A DNA stretch of 64,000 bases, taken from NCBI GenBank assembly GCA_963760795.1, contig CAVXEP010000029.1, forward strand, positions 384,001 through 448,000, read 5' to 3'. Position 1 is the first letter of the stretch, and the number at the start of each line of letters is the position of its first letter. Below the pieces are notes generated by a model, which did not search any database, was not told the origin of the DNA, and saw only the letters and a program-made list of their open reading frames with translations. Source of the DNA: an uncultured delta proteobacterium (GTDB taxonomy: Bacteria; Desulfobacterota; Binatia; UBA9968). Shown piece after piece: positions 61,909 through 64,000 of the stretch. Both the position numbers and the translations under genes were made by a program.

Positions 61909-62985
61909 TTGGTAAATCGACACGAGCAAGAGAAGGTGTTCGTGAAGATCTTGGATTCCCTGTCAAGTATGTTGGGGAAACACTATTTCGCGGAGAGCCC
62001 CCTGGCGTGTTCGTTGCCGTTCGAGTTGGAGCGGCGTCCCGCCGGACGTATGGTGTCCTTCGGGTCGGGAAATCCGAACAAAGTCTTCTACGTGATCTGG
62101 CGGACGCCCTTTGGCTCTGGCTTCTTCTCCAACCTCAGCCATGTGCTCTGCCACCTGATGATCGCCGATTCCCTCGGAATGGAGCCTGCCATCGATTTCG
62201 AGAATTTCCCTACTCTCTACAACGAGGATGAGGAGGTCCAGGGGACTCGGAACGCCTGGGAGTACTACTTCCGTCAGACGAGTTCGGTGCCTCTCCGCGA
62301 GGTGTACGCGAGCCGCCATGTCTTCTTCTGCGACGGCAAGTACCCAGCTGGCTTCAGTTTTAGCGTGACCAGTATTCCCGGATCAAGGGAAGCGTTCGAC
62401 AGGCACGTCAAGATCCTGCCCGATATTGAGAACAGCGTTCGGATCTGGATGGAGAAATTCGGAACTAGGACCCTGGGCATCCACTTCCGTGGCCAGGAGC
62501 AGAACCGGACCCCCGAGCATCCCTTCGGTCCGACCAAACGGCAGATACTGGATGCCACGAGGAGGCTCATCGGGGAGGGAAACTTCGATCGGACCTTCCT
62601 AGTCACGGAAGATCAGCGCTATCTTGACCTTTTCCGCAGGGAATTTGGAGATGCGGTGATCGCCACCGACAGTTTTCGAACCTGCGGCGAAAATGCCTAC
62701 AGAGTGTGGCCGAGGCCGCTTCACAGGTACATCCTGGGCCGGGAGGTGCTCGTCGACGCACTACTTCTCAGCCGCTGCCAGGCGCTGATTACCAGCGGAA
62801 GCAATGTATCGGAGTTCGCCAAGCTCATGAACGGCGGCCGTTGCGAGGTTGTTCGGCGGATCTATAACGGCTCGAACTCCTCCAACCGCCTTCTGGCCCT
62901 CTACTTGTACGGCATCCGGCGATGGCTTCCTCCGCGCCTGGGAGGACTGCCGGGGAAGGTCCTGGAAACCCGTCCCGGAGCATAG
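61909..62985 (+). CDS. NodZ-like / O-fucosyltransferase-family glycosyltransferase (start uncertain)
   Basis: GSGFFSNL, LGIHFRG (motif I), FLVTED (motif II), DALLLSRC...SNVS (motif III). Confidence 0.75.
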   Translation: MVNRHEQEKVFVKILDSLSSMLGKHYFAESPLACSLPFELERRPAGRMVSFGSGNPNKVFYVIWRTPFGSGFFSNLSHVLCHLMIADSLGMEPAIDFENFPTLYNEDEEVQGTRNAWEYYFRQTSSVPLREVYASRHVFFCDGKYPAGFSFSVTSIPGSREAFDRHVKILPDIENSVRIWMEKFGTRTLGIHFRGQEQNRTPEHPFGPTKRQILDATRRLIGEGNFDRTFLVTEDQRYLDLFRREFGDAVIATDSFRTCGENAYRVWPRPLHRYILGREVLVDALLLSRCQALITSGSNVSEFAKLMNGGRCEVVRRIYNGSNSSNRLLALYLYGIRRWLPPRLGGLPGKVLETRPGA

Positions 62986-63107
62986 ATCCATTCGGCGGTT
63001 CCTTTTTGGTTTAGCCGTGAAGTTTACAGCCCGTCACTAATCCGTTCGATCTTAAACGATTTGAACTAAGCGTAGCGATTGAACGGCTGGAACGACTTGA
63101 ACGCTCG

Positions 63108-63500
63108 CTAATCCTTCGGCGCAGTACCGCCGGCCTTGATTTCTTGGTCTTCGGGACCAAAGCGAGAATTGGCATAGGTTTCCGCCCGGCTGCCCATGAA
63201 AACATAGCCGGTGTGGCTTGGCGCTTCCTGTTGGTAATACTGGCCCTTGGGGATAACGACCAACACGCCCGGGGTAATTGATTGTCTCGTCCCGTCCGGG
63301 AAATTTATGAAGCATTCCCCTTGGAGACCATAAAAGGCCTGATCTGCCGTATGTCTGTGCATCGGGCCCTTGTCGCCCGGCACACTATGGTGAATCCAGA
63401 CATGATAGTGGTCTGAATTGAAAAGGAGCCTCTCATGCTTGCCAGCTCCGGCTCCTTTCAACGCCGGGTGTTCGTTTACATCGATACGCTTAGCGGGCAT
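63108..63500 (-). CDS. Cupin domain protein
   Basis: MHRHTADQAFYGLQG, VIPKG; GGAGG RBS. Confidence 0.85.
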   Translation of the reverse strand: MPAKRIDVNEHPALKGAGAGKHERLLFNSDHYHVWIHHSVPGDKGPMHRHTADQAFYGLQGECFINFPDGTRQSITPGVLVVIPKGQYYQQEAPSHTGYVFMGSRAETYANSRFGPEDQEIKAGGTAPKD

Positions 63501-63687
63501 AAACACCTCCGATATTTTGATTCAAATAATTTTCTTGGTAGACGATGAGACCGCGCAGGTGGTCCACCTGTCGCCTTATCCTACCATTAGAAAACAGTCT
63601 GTTTTCATCGCCAACGTTCTGCTCCTGTACCTCACCGATACTCCAAACTAAAATCTCGTGTCAACCAGGCTACCATTCGAATCAGCC

Positions 63688-63716
63688 TTGACACAGATCA
63701 GGCTTCGATATAGACG
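63688..63716 (+). promoter_or_regulatory. Putative sigma70 promoter
   Basis: TTGACA-N17-TAGACG. Confidence 0.45.
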
Positions 63717-63808
63717 ACGAATTCGCGGGAGGAGAGAGTGGTTGAATGGGTCGCGCAGAGGGTGAGCGTCACTAGGGCAGATGATCCAGGCAGCGAAAGG
63801 AGTTTGCT

Positions 63809-64000
63809 ATGAAGGAACGAGCGCTTTTGCTTACGCTGATTTTCTGTTTTTCAATGGTTCTTCCGGCCATCGCTCCCAAAGCCGGAGCGCAGGGCGATCA
63901 GTTTTATAAGGGAAAGACCATTCGCATCATGGTGGGCTCGACGGCCGGCGGATTTTATGACCGGTGGGGCCGTCTGTTCGGCAAGTACATGACCAAGTAT
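63809..64000 (+). CDS. TctC/Bug-like substrate-binding protein (3' truncated by window)
   Basis: AAGGAG RBS; signal peptide then FYKGKTIRIMVGSTAGGFYDRWGR. Confidence 0.88.
   Translation, partial: MKERALLLTLIFCFSMVLPAIAPKAGAQGDQFYKGKTIRIMVGSTAGGFYDRWGRLFGKYMTKY

Overview
GC-rich (roughly 55-60% by eye) bacterial chromosomal window. The gene families (many orphan NMT1/THI5-, ABC_sub_bind- and TctC-type binding proteins, deltaproteobacterial-style core genes) suggest a Candidatus Binatia/Binatota-like organism; this is an inference. Four blocks: (1) 1-7.1 kb: Lon-like and HtrA proteases and acyl-CoA catabolic genes, including a non-decarboxylating glutaryl-CoA dehydrogenase. (2) 7.1-20 kb: a minus-strand vitamin B12 island with a motif-stripped cobS-like gene, nrdAB plus a CWC protein, tonB, btuB, btuFCD and cobQ, controlled by three cobalamin riboswitches and tandem NrdR boxes. 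(3) 20.2-34.6 kb: core genes gyrB-gyrA-gpsA-rpmH-rnpA-yidD-yidC-jag-ispG-proS-pyrF and thiD, with no dnaA/dnaN/recF. (4) 34.6-64 kb: an accessory mosaic of binding proteins, hydrolases, oxidoreductases, a heme peroxidase, selO and a NodZ-like glycosyltransferase. The most unusual structural signal is two cargo blocks each bracketed by a diverged direct duplication of the 3' end of a protein-coding gene, with no integrase present, plus further orphan gene 3' ends. Repeated single-base insertions, including in essential genes, indicate sequence error, so frameshifts should not be read as pseudogenes. No rRNA, tRNA, CRISPR, transposase, integrase or reverse transcriptase was recognised. All calls come from reading motifs by eye, with no database searches.
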